From assembly GCA_036392315.1 (NCBI GenBank), contig DASVYG010000443.1, positions 8,474 through 72,473 of the forward strand: a stretch of 64,000 nucleotides of DNA, given 5' to 3'. The stretch is from Gemmatimonadaceae bacterium. Lineage in GTDB: Bacteria; Gemmatimonadota; Gemmatimonadetes; Gemmatimonadales; Gemmatimonadaceae. Numbering within the stretch: position 1 is the first letter of the stretch; every line of letters begins with the position of its first letter. Under the pieces are notes generated by a model. The model was not told the origin of the DNA. It worked only from the letters and a program-made list of their open reading frames with translations, and did not search any database. Positions 53,557 to 62,879 of this stretch are shown here, piece after piece. The position numbers and the translations under genes are program-made.

Positions 53557-55125
53557 TCAGCGAAATTGACCGGTGAGCCAGTCGGCGATCGCACCCAATA
53601 CCTCAGGCCGCACGTGCAACGACGGCAGCTTTCCATAGTCGAATCCGCCGACCGCATCGGCGACGAACAGGTGATTCGTCTGCGGAAAGAGGCGAACGGT
53701 GACCCGCGAATTTCCGGCGGCGCGGAATGCCGCGGCGAGCTTCTCAGCCTCCGACGGCGGCACCTGACGATCGGTCGCGCCCTGCAGAATCAGCACCGGC
53801 GTCGTCACTCGCCGAGCGACGATCGACGGATCGTACTCGAGAAAGAACTTCATCCACGGCGTCGTCGCGGCGAGCGAGTCGGTCGCCTTCGCGGCACGCG
53901 CGAGCGCCTCCTCGCGCGCCGCACCGGTGAGATGCGCCATGCTGTCGACGCCGTACACCTGCTGCGCGCGAAGAATCTCCCGCCCGGTCGACGCGGTCCC
54001 CGCCATGAGCACGATCGCGCGCAGCGCAGGATCGGTCGATGCAACCATCGGCGCGATCATGCCGCCTTCGCTGTGACCAACCAGCGCGACGCGCGCCGGA
54101 TCGATCTCCACGCGCGTACGGAGATACGCAACGCCGGCGCGAATGTCGTCGGCAAAATCCTGCGACGTCGCCGTTCGCGGGCCGAGATCGGATCCGTTCA
54201 CGCCGCGGTCGTCGAGACGCAGCACGGCAATTCCGCGCCGACCGAGCGTGTCGGCCAGCTCGCGAAATGGACGATAGCCTCTGAGCGCGGTCGACTCCTC
54301 GTCGCGGTCCTCGGGGCCCGAGCCCGTGATCGTCACTACCGCCGGCGAACGACCCGTCGGGCGACCGCGCGGGATCGTCAATGTCCCGCTCAACTTCAGT
54401 CCCGCCGCTGTCTGCACGACCACTTCCTCCGCGACATACGGCGCGTCGGGCGGCGCAGAATAGTCCCGGCGCGACGCGACCAGCGCGTCGAGCGCGCCGC
54501 CGCGAACGATCGTCAACGCGCGCGCCGGCAATCCTCCGCCCACAATGCGACCCGTGGGCGACACGGCCAGATGCATGGAGACTCCCGCGTAGTCGAGCGT
54601 CGCTGAGTCGGCGCCCACCCACGTGACGACCGCGGGTATCGGCCGCGGTGCACCGACGATGAACAACGGGAACGATTGCTTGCCGCCGCCCATGGCGCGC
54701 GCATGAATCATGGCCTGCTCCATGAACGCAATCGATGGGTTCACGATCGCGAGAGCGCCGTTCACGCTCGGAATGTGCGCCGGAGCGGCGGTGCCCATCT
54801 GCGCCAACACACTATCGCCGCCAATCACGAACGTCGATTGGTCGCCCAATGTATCGGTCGCGGAACGAAAGTAGTGGGTCACGAGATGCGTGATCAATCC
54901 GTCGGGGGCGAGCGTCGCGACGTATGCGAGACGTCCACCGCGCGCGCGATCGAGAAATTCACCGGTCAGCTCGTCCGCGGTTCGTGTGCTCCGCTCTACG
55001 ATGACGGTATCGACCGTGTGAATGGCCGTTTGGCTGATGAGATAGAACGACGCACGCTCGGCGGTTTGCGACGATGCTGTCGCCGCCGAGAGCACGAGCG
55101 CGGTGAATGCGAGTGCGGCCTTCAT
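53557..55125 (-). CDS. Secreted alpha/beta hydrolase (S9/dienelactone-hydrolase-like) with N-terminal beta domain
   Basis: ATG 55125 overlaps the SdpI stop (ATGA). The signal peptide is MKAALAFTALVLSAATASS. The nucleophile elbow is LVGHSEGG, with LQGATDRQVP and TNHLF also present. The 730-aa version of the ORF is rejected. Confidence 0.85.
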   Translation of the reverse strand: MKAALAFTALVLSAATASSQTAERASFYLISQTAIHTVDTVIVERSTRTADELTGEFLDRARGGRLAYVATLAPDGLITHLVTHYFRSATDTLGDQSTFVIGGDSVLAQMGTAAPAHIPSVNGALAIVNPSIAFMEQAMIHARAMGGGKQSFPLFIVGAPRPIPAVVTWVGADSATLDYAGVSMHLAVSPTGRIVGGGLPARALTIVRGGALDALVASRRDYSAPPDAPYVAEEVVVQTAAGLKLSGTLTIPRGRPTGRSPAVVTITGSGPEDRDEESTALRGYRPFRELADTLGRRGIAVLRLDDRGVNGSDLGPRTATSQDFADDIRAGVAYLRTRVEIDPARVALVGHSEGGMIAPMVASTDPALRAIVLMAGTASTGREILRAQQVYGVDSMAHLTGAAREEALARAAKATDSLAATTPWMKFFLEYDPSIVARRVTTPVLILQGATDRQVPPSEAEKLAAAFRAAGNSRVTVRLFPQTNHLFVADAVGGFDYGKLPSLHVRPEVLGAIADWLTGQFR

Positions 55126-55757
55126 CGGGAAGTCTCCTGCCTCCAGGCAAAGTAGGAATAGATCGTCGAGCCTAGCGCGAACGCGGCGACGCAAGCGATG
55201 ATGACGAACAACGCCATGGAACCGGCAACGAGCGCGCTGACGATGACGACCCCGCCGGCCACGGTCATCAGGTAGCCGCCGACGCGCTGCGTCCGCTCCC
55301 AAACCCGCTCGTTGCTGAGCGTCCACGGCGTCCGGATGCCGAACCACCAGTTCGATCGCGCGCGCGGGAGCTGGTTGCCGATCGCGATCAGCACGAGACC
55401 AAGGGCGATCGGCGCCACGCGGTGAATCGAGATCGGAAGACCGAGCGCAAATCCGAGAACCGCGAGATGAATCAGCGCGACCAAGGTAAGCACGGCCCCA
55501 ATCATGAAATCGTACGTCGGCTGGAACTTGGCGTAGTTGGCGCGACGTGGATCGATCGCCGGAAGACCGCGCATCACGCCCCACAGCACGAGCATCAAAA
55601 CCGGCATGAGGAGCGCCGCCTGCCCACGCGACTGCCATGCGTTCACTTGTCCGCGCAGGTTCCAGTGACTGGGCACCGTCTCCGGCAACCGCGGATACGC
55701 GACCGCCGATACAATCGCCGTCACGGCGATCAGCACGGCGGGATACCACTTACGCAT
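55122..55757 (-). CDS. SdpI/YhfL-family membrane protein (DUF1648 plus SdpI domains)
   Basis: LPETVPSHWNLRGQVNAWQS is DUF1648-like. NWWFGIRTPWTLSNERVWERTQRVGG is the SdpI motif. The protein has about 6 TM helices. Its start overlaps the ArsR gene by 8 nt. Confidence 0.8.
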   Translation of the reverse strand: MRKWYPAVLIAVTAIVSAVAYPRLPETVPSHWNLRGQVNAWQSRGQAALLMPVLMLVLWGVMRGLPAIDPRRANYAKFQPTYDFMIGAVLTLVALIHLAVLGFALGLPISIHRVAPIALGLVLIAIGNQLPRARSNWWFGIRTPWTLSNERVWERTQRVGGYLMTVAGGVVIVSALVAGSMALFVIIACVAAFALGSTIYSYFAWRQETSR

Positions 55758-56037
55758 TGCGCTTTCCTCCGGGTTTGCGCCGCGGCTTCACCCAGTCGAG
55801 TATGTGCTCCACGAGATCGTCGAATACGGTGGTGTTGAGCTCATACACGATCTGCTGCCCCTGCCGCTCCGACAGAATGAGTCCGGCGTCGCGGAGCTGT
55901 CCCAGGTGCCGGGATACCGTGGCCCACGCCGTCGGGAACTCCTCGGCGATCTGGCCCGACGTGCGCGGCCCGTCGCGCAGCAAGCGAAGGATCTCGCGCC
56001 GCGTGGGATCGGCCAGGGCTTTGAAGGCGTCGTTCAT
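55750..56037 (-). CDS. ArsR/SmtB-family (SdpR-like) transcriptional regulator
   Basis: FKALADPTRREILRLLRDGPRTSGQIAEEFPTAWATVSRHLGQLRDAGLI is a winged HTH of the ArsR family. Confidence 0.9.
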   Translation of the reverse strand: MNDAFKALADPTRREILRLLRDGPRTSGQIAEEFPTAWATVSRHLGQLRDAGLILSERQGQQIVYELNTTVFDDLVEHILDWVKPRRKPGGKRNA

Positions 56038-56050
56038 GTGGGAGATAGTA

Positions 56051-56074
56051 TTACGTACTTAGCCAAGTACGTAA
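56051..56074. promoter_or_regulatory. Perfect 10-4-10 palindromic operator upstream of the ArsR-SdpI operon
   Basis: TTACGTACTT-agcc-AAGTACGTAA lies 14-37 nt upstream of the ArsR start codon. It overlaps a TACTAT -10-like hexamer on the minus strand. Confidence 0.65.
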
Positions 56075-56108
56075 GCATTCCCCGGCGAGTTTCAGGGCGT
56101 GTTGGGGG

Positions 56109-57002
56109 TCAGCCCGTGAAACCGTCCAGCAACGCCATCATCTGCACGTCGTACGGGTCGGGGCTCGCGTCGTCGTCGGCGATCTCCATGTTCAGCTGCG
56201 GGGTCTCGAGAATGAGCGGGATCCCGAGCGATCGCTTGTCAGCAAAAAGACGACGGAACGGCTCGACGCCGATCTGGCCGTCGCCGATCAGCATGTGTCG
56301 ATCCTTGTTCGACCCGAGCGCGCCTTCGCTGTCGTTGAGGTGAATGAAGCCGGGCGCTTCGCCCGTCTCTTCCTCGAACTCGTCGAGCACCTTGGATATC
56401 GCATCCTCCGACGCGCGCAAATCGTAGCCGGACGCATAGAGGTGACATGTATCGAGCCCGTATCCGGTGCGCGCGCGGAGCGCCTTGGGAACGTGTCTCA
56501 GAATCGATCCAACTTCGGCCGCGGTCTTGGCAAATGTGCGTCCGGCGCCCGCCGTGTTCTCGACGAGAACGCGCGTCGTGCCTCGCGGCACGTGATCGAG
56601 CGCGTGCACGATCGCGCCGGCCACGCGCTCGGCGGCCGCTTCGCGGTCGTCATCGGTCGCTGCGCCGGGATGAAAGCAAATCGCGCCTAATCCGAGCGCC
56701 GACGACCGCTCCAACTCTTTCGCCAAGCCGCCGCGGGCGCGCGACGACTTCTCTTCCTCGGGTGTCGCCGTATTCAGCACGTACGCCGCATGCGCCACGA
56801 CGAACTTGGGATCGATCTTCGCCTCGGCGAGCGCGCCGCGGAATCGTTCCACCCGCTCCGCCTTGATCGACACTTTGTCGCCGTAGTACTTCGGGATCGC
56901 GGTGAAGATCTGTAGTGCTTTCATCCCCGACGCGCCGGCTCGACGCGCGGCCATGTGAATGCCACCGCTGTCGATCGTGTGCGCTCCGAAGTAGTGAGTC
57001 AC
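56109..57002 (-). CDS. nfo: Endonuclease IV (deoxyribonuclease IV)
   Basis: GTG 57002 gives VTHYFGAHTIDSGG. Motifs HAAYVLN, ICFHPG, VLVENTAG, LDTCHLYASG, IHLNDS and DRHMLIGDGQIG match the Nfo metal-ligand pattern. Confidence 0.9.
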   Translation of the reverse strand: MTHYFGAHTIDSGGIHMAARRAGASGMKALQIFTAIPKYYGDKVSIKAERVERFRGALAEAKIDPKFVVAHAAYVLNTATPEEEKSSRARGGLAKELERSSALGLGAICFHPGAATDDDREAAAERVAGAIVHALDHVPRGTTRVLVENTAGAGRTFAKTAAEVGSILRHVPKALRARTGYGLDTCHLYASGYDLRASEDAISKVLDEFEEETGEAPGFIHLNDSEGALGSNKDRHMLIGDGQIGVEPFRRLFADKRSLGIPLILETPQLNMEIADDDASPDPYDVQMMALLDGFTG

Positions 57003-57037
57003 GTCGAGCTCCCGTAGATCGAGTTGCCGACTGCGCG

Positions 57038-57829
57038 TCAGTGAATGCGTCCGACGCGGACCACGCGTACCGCACTGCTGTCGCTCGAGCGCCGCGCGGC
57101 CCACGAGACGGCAAGCTCGCGGCCCGCGAGCGCCACGGCGGGCAGCGTCGCATTGTCCACACTGCGCGACGCGGTCGCATGCCACGCGAAGATGTGCCCC
57201 TGCGCAATCGAGAATGCAACGCCCACCTGTTGGCGCGTTCCGTTCGGATCTTCATAGGCGACAGCGACGTCGTCGCCCTCGGCGGAGATCGCGGTCGGCA
57301 CGAGCCGGTCGCCATAGATCACTGCGACCGGCGAATGCACCATCGCGCCCATCGAGTGTGCGAAGAAGACGCCCTTTCCCTCTGGCGCGACCATCGAATA
57401 CGCGACGAACAGGTCGTCGCCGACGGTCGCCACCGATGGCGGGGGCCGATTGCAGCCGGTCGAAGCAACGTCGGTCGTATCGACAGCGACGGGTGTGTTC
57501 CAGGTTCTTCCCGAGTCCGCGGAGCTCGCCATTAAGAGCGCCGAGCTGCTATCTCGGCGGACGTTCCACCACGCCGAGAAGATGCGCGTGGCGCCCGGAG
57601 CGGCGCGCAGTGACGTGACGCAGAGGCCGGGAGAGGTCGGCCCGCTCGGGACCGGCGCTGGACTGGCCACGAACACCGCGTGCCCGCTGGAATCGACAAC
57701 GAGTCGCGTCGGACTGGTCCCCTGGTCGATCGGAACGGGATCGCCCCATTGGACCGGCGATTCATCGCATGCGACGCCGGCGGCGACAGCGATCAGAGCC
57801 AAGAGCGAGAGTCGGATGCGAAGGTGCAT
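57038..57829 (-). CDS. Lipoprotein with BNR/Asp-box (sialidase-like beta-propeller) motif
   Basis: ATG 57829 gives MHLRIRLSLLALIAVAAGVAC (lipobox). An Asp-box SADSGRTW is present. Codon bias looks coding. Confidence 0.65.
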   Translation of the reverse strand: MHLRIRLSLLALIAVAAGVACDESPVQWGDPVPIDQGTSPTRLVVDSSGHAVFVASPAPVPSGPTSPGLCVTSLRAAPGATRIFSAWWNVRRDSSSALLMASSADSGRTWNTPVAVDTTDVASTGCNRPPPSVATVGDDLFVAYSMVAPEGKGVFFAHSMGAMVHSPVAVIYGDRLVPTAISAEGDDVAVAYEDPNGTRQQVGVAFSIAQGHIFAWHATASRSVDNATLPAVALAGRELAVSWAARRSSDSSAVRVVRVGRIH

Positions 57830-58009
57830 GGCTGAGAATAGCCGCGGCGGACAAGCCCGAGAAGCCGTGTCCGTCATCCTGACCGGGCGCGAACAACAGA
57901 GGGCGGGATCTGCTGTTGCCCCCGCAATGAGCGTATTTTGCATGCAGAGTCAATCGCCGAGCGGCTCACCCCACTCGTTTTGAATGTGCCCGCACCCGAG
58001 GATTGTTTC

Positions 58010-59722
58010 ATGGCAGTGACATCCGCACCCGACCGACTCGCCGCTCAGTCGGAGCAAGCCGAGCGAACCGTGGCTCCGCGTTCGGCTCCGTTGGCCGGCT
58101 TCAGCGGAACGCGTCGCGTTCCGCCACCGACCAACGATCCGATCAAGAGCTATGCGCCCGGCTCGCCCGAGCGGAAGGAGCTCAAGGCGCGTCTCGCAAC
58201 CATGGCGAACGAGCGGGTCGACATTCCGATGATCATCGGCGGCCGCGAGATTCGCACCGGCAAGTCGGCGCACGCGGTCATGCCGCACAATCATCGGCAC
58301 GTGCTGGCGGATTGGCACAAAGCATCGACGGAACACGTCAACGAGGCGATCGATGCCGCGCGCGATGCTCGCGCGGAGTGGGGCAACTGGGCATGGGAAG
58401 ATCGCGCTGCGGTGTTCCTTCGCGCGGCCGAGCTGCTGTCGACGACGTGGCGATCCACGCTCAACGCGGCCACGATGCTCGGCCAATCGAAGACCGTGTT
58501 TCAAGCCGAGATCGACGCCGCGTGTGAGTTGATCGATTTCTGGCGTTTCAATCCGGCATATGCGCAGGAGCTGTACGACGAGCAGCCCCTGTCGAACAAC
58601 GCCATGTGGAATCAGATCGACTACCGTCCGCTGGAAGGATTCGTCTACGCGGTGACGCCGTTCAACTTCACGTCGATCGGCGGCAATCTGCCGACGGCGC
58701 CCGCGTTGATGGGTAATACGGTGATCTGGAAGCCGGCGTCGACGGCCATGTTGTCGGCGTACTACATCATGCGTCTGCTGGAGGAAGCGGGGCTGCCCCC
58801 GGGCGTGATCAACCTCGTGCCCGGCGACGCGGCGGAGATCTCGAGCGTGCTGCTGTCGCATCGTGAGCTGGCCGGCGTGCATTTTACCGGAAGCACGACG
58901 GTGTTCAACAGCATGTGGCGGACGATCGGCGCGAACATGTCGAACTATGCGACGTATCCGCGCATCGTCGGCGAGACGGGCGGCAAGGACTTCATCGTCG
59001 CGCATCCGTCTGCCGATCCGCAGGCGCTCGCCGTCGCGATCGCCCGGGGCGGATTCGAGTACCAGGGACAGAAGTGCTCCGCGGCGAGTCGCGTCTACGT
59101 TCCGCGCTCGATGTGGAACGACGTGCGCGATCGCGTCGTGGCCATGATGGAAGAGATGCGCATGGGCGACGTGACCGACTTCCGTAACTTCGTCGGCGCG
59201 GTGATCGACCAGAAGTCGTTCGCGAAGATCAGTGAGTATCTCGACGACGCGCGCGCCAACGCGAAGATCATCTCGGGCGGCGTCGCCAAGGGCGACGAGG
59301 GCTTCTTCATCAAGCCGACATTGGTGCAGGCGAAGGAGCCGCGGTATCGCTTGCTGTGCGAGGAGATCTTTGGACCGGTCGTGACGGCCTATGTCTATGA
59401 CGACGACAAATGGGACGAGACGTTGGAAATCATCGATACGACGTCGCCCTACGCGCTGACTGGCGCCGTGTTCGCGAACGACCGCGGTGCGGTACGTCAA
59501 GCCATGATGGCGCTGCGCAACGCGGCCGGGAATTTCTATGTCAACGACAAGCCCACGGGCGCCGTGGTCGGGCAACAGCCGTTCGGCGGCTCCCGCGCGT
59601 CGGGCACGAACGACAAGGCGGGCTCCAAGCTCAACCTGGTGCGGTGGGTCAGCGCGCGATCGATCAAGGAGACCTTCTCGCCGCCACGCGATTACAAGTA
59701 TCCGTTCATGACGGAGGAGTGA
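58010..59722 (+). CDS. pruA: L-glutamate gamma-semialdehyde (1-pyrroline-5-carboxylate) dehydrogenase
   Basis: ATG 58010. This is an aldehyde dehydrogenase fold with VTPFNFTSIGGN, GETGGKDF and the catalytic Cys in EYQGQKCSAASR. Its length and termini are typical of stand-alone P5C dehydrogenases. Confidence 0.9.
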   Translation: MAVTSAPDRLAAQSEQAERTVAPRSAPLAGFSGTRRVPPPTNDPIKSYAPGSPERKELKARLATMANERVDIPMIIGGREIRTGKSAHAVMPHNHRHVLADWHKASTEHVNEAIDAARDARAEWGNWAWEDRAAVFLRAAELLSTTWRSTLNAATMLGQSKTVFQAEIDAACELIDFWRFNPAYAQELYDEQPLSNNAMWNQIDYRPLEGFVYAVTPFNFTSIGGNLPTAPALMGNTVIWKPASTAMLSAYYIMRLLEEAGLPPGVINLVPGDAAEISSVLLSHRELAGVHFTGSTTVFNSMWRTIGANMSNYATYPRIVGETGGKDFIVAHPSADPQALAVAIARGGFEYQGQKCSAASRVYVPRSMWNDVRDRVVAMMEEMRMGDVTDFRNFVGAVIDQKSFAKISEYLDDARANAKIISGGVAKGDEGFFIKPTLVQAKEPRYRLLCEEIFGPVVTAYVYDDDKWDETLEIIDTTSPYALTGAVFANDRGAVRQAMMALRNAAGNFYVNDKPTGAVVGQQPFGGSRASGTNDKAGSKLNLVRWVSARSIKETFSPPRDYKYPFMTEE

Positions 59723-59753
59723 TCGTTCTCAGGCGCGTGCACATCGACGAACG

Positions 59754-60455
59754 ATGCCATTGACCCCCGCCGCGCTGCGGTTCTTTCGAGAGCTCGCAGC
59801 GCACAACAACAAGCAGTGGTTCGAGGCGCACCGCACGCAGTACGAGCAAGAGGTGCGGGCGCCGATGCGCGAGCTCATCGAGGAGCTCGATGTTCGATTC
59901 GCGCGATTCGCTCCGGAGATCGGCGGTGATCCCAAGCGATCGATGTTTCGCATCAATCGCGACATCCGATTTTCGGAAGACAAATCGCCGTACAAGACGA
60001 ACGCGGCGTGCTGGTTCCATCATCGATCGGCGAGCCGACACGTCGGAGGGGAGGCGACCGAGGGCAGCGCGGGCTTCTACTTTCACTTCGAGCCCGGTGA
60101 GTCGCTCGTCGGCGCTGGATTGTGGATGCCGCCGCGTCCTCAGTTGAACCGTTTACGCGACGCGATCGCCGAGCGACCGGATGCCTTCAGTCGCATGATG
60201 GCTGGCCTGCCGAAGCGGTTCGCTGCTCTCGATGATTCCGCGGTGCTCAAGCGCATGCCGCGCGGCTACTCCGAGGAACATCCGGCCGCACGATGGCTTC
60301 GCTATCAATCGTTCACGAGCGGCCGGTCGTTGACCGACGCGCAGGTGACGAGCGCCAAGCTGCCCGATCTGCTTGCGCGGGAGTTCGAGCAGTTGCTGCC
60401 GCTCGTTCGCTGGTTGAATGGCGCGCTCGGATTTCGTGAAGGGCTCGCGCGTTGA
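59754..60455 (+). CDS. DUF2461 (TIGR02453) family protein
   Basis: FFRELAAHNNKQWFEAHRTQYEQEVRAPM and MFRINRDIRFSEDKSPYKT are signatures of this family. Confidence 0.85.
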   Translation: MPLTPAALRFFRELAAHNNKQWFEAHRTQYEQEVRAPMRELIEELDVRFARFAPEIGGDPKRSMFRINRDIRFSEDKSPYKTNAACWFHHRSASRHVGGEATEGSAGFYFHFEPGESLVGAGLWMPPRPQLNRLRDAIAERPDAFSRMMAGLPKRFAALDDSAVLKRMPRGYSEEHPAARWLRYQSFTSGRSLTDAQVTSAKLPDLLAREFEQLLPLVRWLNGALGFREGLAR

Positions 60456-60491
60456 AGCGGTGGCATCCATTACTGAGGAGGAATCGTCGCG

Positions 60492-60779
60492 GTGCTCTTC
60501 ATGATTATCGAACACTTTCGGCATCCTGACGCGACGCCCGTCTACGCGCGCTTTCGGACGCGCGGGCGCCTCGCTCCGGACGGCCTCGCGTACCTGAGCA
60601 GTTGGGTCACGGACGATCTCACGCGATGCTATCAAGTGATGGAGTGCGACGATCGAGCGCTGCTCGATGAGTGGATCGCGGCGTGGCAGGACATCGTCGA
60701 CTTCGAGGTGCATCCGGTCATCACGTCGGCGGAAGCGGCCGCGCGCGTGCCAACGCCCATCGACGCGGCCACGAGCTAG
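60492..60779 (+). CDS. DUF3303 family protein
   Basis: MLFMIIEHFRHPDATPVYARFRTRGRLAPDGLAYLSSWV..CYQVMECDD..LDEWIAAWQDIVDFEV matches my recollection of DUF3303. Confidence 0.7.
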   Translation: MLFMIIEHFRHPDATPVYARFRTRGRLAPDGLAYLSSWVTDDLTRCYQVMECDDRALLDEWIAAWQDIVDFEVHPVITSAEAAARVPTPIDAATS

Positions 60780-60785
60780 GGCACG

Positions 60786-61787
60786 ATGCTGATCCTTTCT
60801 CAGTCCGACGTCGAACGGCTGCTGCCGATGCGCGATTGCATCGAGATCATGGCGTCGACGCTGGCAACGCTTGCGCGCGGCGACGCCGTGCTGCCGTTGC
60901 GAACGGTCATCCGCATTCCTGGAACGAGCGATGCGTTCGGCGTCATGCCGGCCTACCTCGGGTCGCCGAAAACGATCGGCGCCAAGATCGTTAGCGTCTA
61001 TCCAGGTAATCACGGCACGGCCTTCGACTCCCATCAGGGCGCCGTGTTGTTGTTCGATCCCGACAACGGACGTCTCGCCGCGCTGCTCGACGCGACGGCA
61101 ATCACTACCATCCGGACGGCGGCCGCATCCGCCGTGGCCACGCGGCTGCTGGCCCGCGAGAATGCCTCGACGCTCGCCATCATCGGCTCCGGCGTTCAGG
61201 CCCACGCGCACGTGGAGGCAATCTGCGCGGTGCGACCGATCACGTCGCTGCGCGTCTGGAGCCGGAACAGCGACCGCGCTCGACACCTCGCGCAGTTCGC
61301 GCACGATCGCTTTCAACTCGACGCTTCGATGGCGATGACAGGCGAGGATGCCGTTCGCGACGCCGACATCGTCTGCACGGTTACGTCATCGACCACGCCC
61401 GTGCTCCATGGCGCATGGCTCTCGCCCGGAACGCACGTCAACGCCGTCGGGGCGTGCACGCCGAACGCATGCGAGATCGATTCCGCCGTCGTGGTGAATT
61501 CGCGGCTGTACGTCGATCGTCGCGAGGCCGCGCTCAAGGAGCCAGGCGACATTCTCGTTCCGCTGCAAAGCGGGGAGATCGGACCCGAGCACGTCGTCGC
61601 CGAGGTGGGTGAGTTGCTGGTCGGGCGCGGCGTCGGGCGGCGTGACGACCGCGAGATCACGCTATTCAAGTCGCTCGGCCTGGCAGTCGAGGACCTGGCC
61701 GCCGCGGCGCACGTTTACGAACAAGCGGTTCGCGCCGGGCTCGGTGTCGACGTCGAGCTTGGCGGAGCGCGGCATGCGAGTCATTGA
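60786..61787 (+). CDS. Ornithine cyclodeaminase / mu-crystallin family NAD-dependent enzyme
   Basis: LTAIRTAAASAVATRLLA and TLAIIGSGVQAHAH (Rossmann) match, as do the overall length and motifs of the OCD family. Confidence 0.9.
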   Translation: MLILSQSDVERLLPMRDCIEIMASTLATLARGDAVLPLRTVIRIPGTSDAFGVMPAYLGSPKTIGAKIVSVYPGNHGTAFDSHQGAVLLFDPDNGRLAALLDATAITTIRTAAASAVATRLLARENASTLAIIGSGVQAHAHVEAICAVRPITSLRVWSRNSDRARHLAQFAHDRFQLDASMAMTGEDAVRDADIVCTVTSSTTPVLHGAWLSPGTHVNAVGACTPNACEIDSAVVVNSRLYVDRREAALKEPGDILVPLQSGEIGPEHVVAEVGELLVGRGVGRRDDREITLFKSLGLAVEDLAAAAHVYEQAVRAGLGVDVELGGARHASH

Positions 61788-62733
61788 GCCGATAACGATC
61801 GACGACATCCACGCGGCGCGCGATCGCATCACGCGAACCGTGACGCGAACGCCGCTCCTCAAACTCAACGTCGATTCGCCGGCCGAGATCTACCTCAAGC
61901 TCGAGAATCTGCAGCCGATCGGCTCGTTCAAGCTGCGCGGCGCGTCGAACGCGATTCGGCAATTGTCATCCGACACGCTGGCGCGTGGCGTGTACACCGC
62001 GAGCGCCGGCAATATGGCGCAAGGCGTCGCATGGGGCGCGCGCGAGCTGGGAATTGCATGCACGGTGATCATGCCCGACAATGCACCGCGCACGAAACTC
62101 GACGCCGTGTCGCGACTCGGCGCGCAGATCGTGAAGGTGCCGTACGACGAGTGGTGGCAAACGCTCGCCGACCACGGCCGGCCGGACATGAGCGGAACGT
62201 TCATCCATCCCGTCGCTGATCGAGCGGTCATGGCGGGCAACGGCACGATCGGACTCGAGATCGCCGAAGACTTGCCCGACGTCGACACCGTGTTGGTGCC
62301 ATTCGGCGGCGGAGGTCTCGTCACTGGAATCGCGACGGCGATTCGCGCGCTGACGCCGCAGGCTCGCGTGTTCGGCTGTGAGGTCGAGACGTCGACCCCG
62401 TTGCGCGCGGCACTCGCGGCCAAGCGACCCGTGCGGGTCGAGCGCACACCCAGCTTCGTCGATGGCATTGGCGGGCGCGGCGTCTTGGACGAGATGTGGC
62501 CGCTTGTCTCGTCGTTGATCGAGGGCGCGCTCGTATCATCGATCGCGGAGACGAAAGCCGCGGTGCGCCTCCTCGTGGAGCGCGCGCGGGTGGTGGCTGA
62601 GGGCGCCGGCGCGGCGTCGGTGGCGCCGGCGATCGCGGGTCGCGCGGGCGCCGGCAAGGTCGCGTGCGTCGTGTCGGGCGGCAACATTGATCTCGCGATG
62701 CTCGCCGAGATTCTCACGCAGCCCGGCCTCTAG
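61774..62733 (+). CDS. PLP-dependent threonine/serine dehydratase-like enzyme (fold type II)
   Basis: ATG 61774 overlaps the OCD gene end by 14 nt. LENLQPIGSFKLRGA carries the PLP-binding Lys, and VPFGGGGLVTG is also present. No ACT regulatory domain is present. Confidence 0.9.
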   Translation: MRVIEPITIDDIHAARDRITRTVTRTPLLKLNVDSPAEIYLKLENLQPIGSFKLRGASNAIRQLSSDTLARGVYTASAGNMAQGVAWGARELGIACTVIMPDNAPRTKLDAVSRLGAQIVKVPYDEWWQTLADHGRPDMSGTFIHPVADRAVMAGNGTIGLEIAEDLPDVDTVLVPFGGGGLVTGIATAIRALTPQARVFGCEVETSTPLRAALAAKRPVRVERTPSFVDGIGGRGVLDEMWPLVSSLIEGALVSSIAETKAAVRLLVERARVVAEGAGAASVAPAIAGRAGAGKVACVVSGGNIDLAMLAEILTQPGL

Positions 62734-62879
62734 CTCGGACTGTCGTTGGCGCCATTCGTTCCGAATTGACACGACTGGCACCCAAACTGCCTCGCCTGCT
62801 CGTGGGCGTCACCGATGGAGCATCGACCGCTCGATCTGATCCAATGGCGCCGCCGACGAGATGCTGTGGGGTGCTCACC

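Noticed and set aside
53557-55749. The 730-aa ORF-track version of the hydrolase gene. The same issue applies to the 5' extensions at 18100-20133, 49594-51495, 31844-34429, 24391-25401, 29055-30650, 61609-62733, 1652-2752, 2496-3281, 4969-5742 and 6597-7484.
   Set aside because: The extensions overlap well-supported upstream genes or are Arg-rich with poor codon bias. Internal starts give signal peptides, RBSs or ATGA/GTGA coupling to the preceding gene.
62776-62790. Sigma54-type promoter TGGCAC-N5-cTGC with correct GG/GC spacing upstream of the 89-aa ORF
   Set aside because: The -12 element is imperfect (CTGCC against TTGCW). No enhancer-binding protein gene is nearby, and such matches arise by chance in GC-rich DNA. 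The TTGACA at 62766 has no matching -10.
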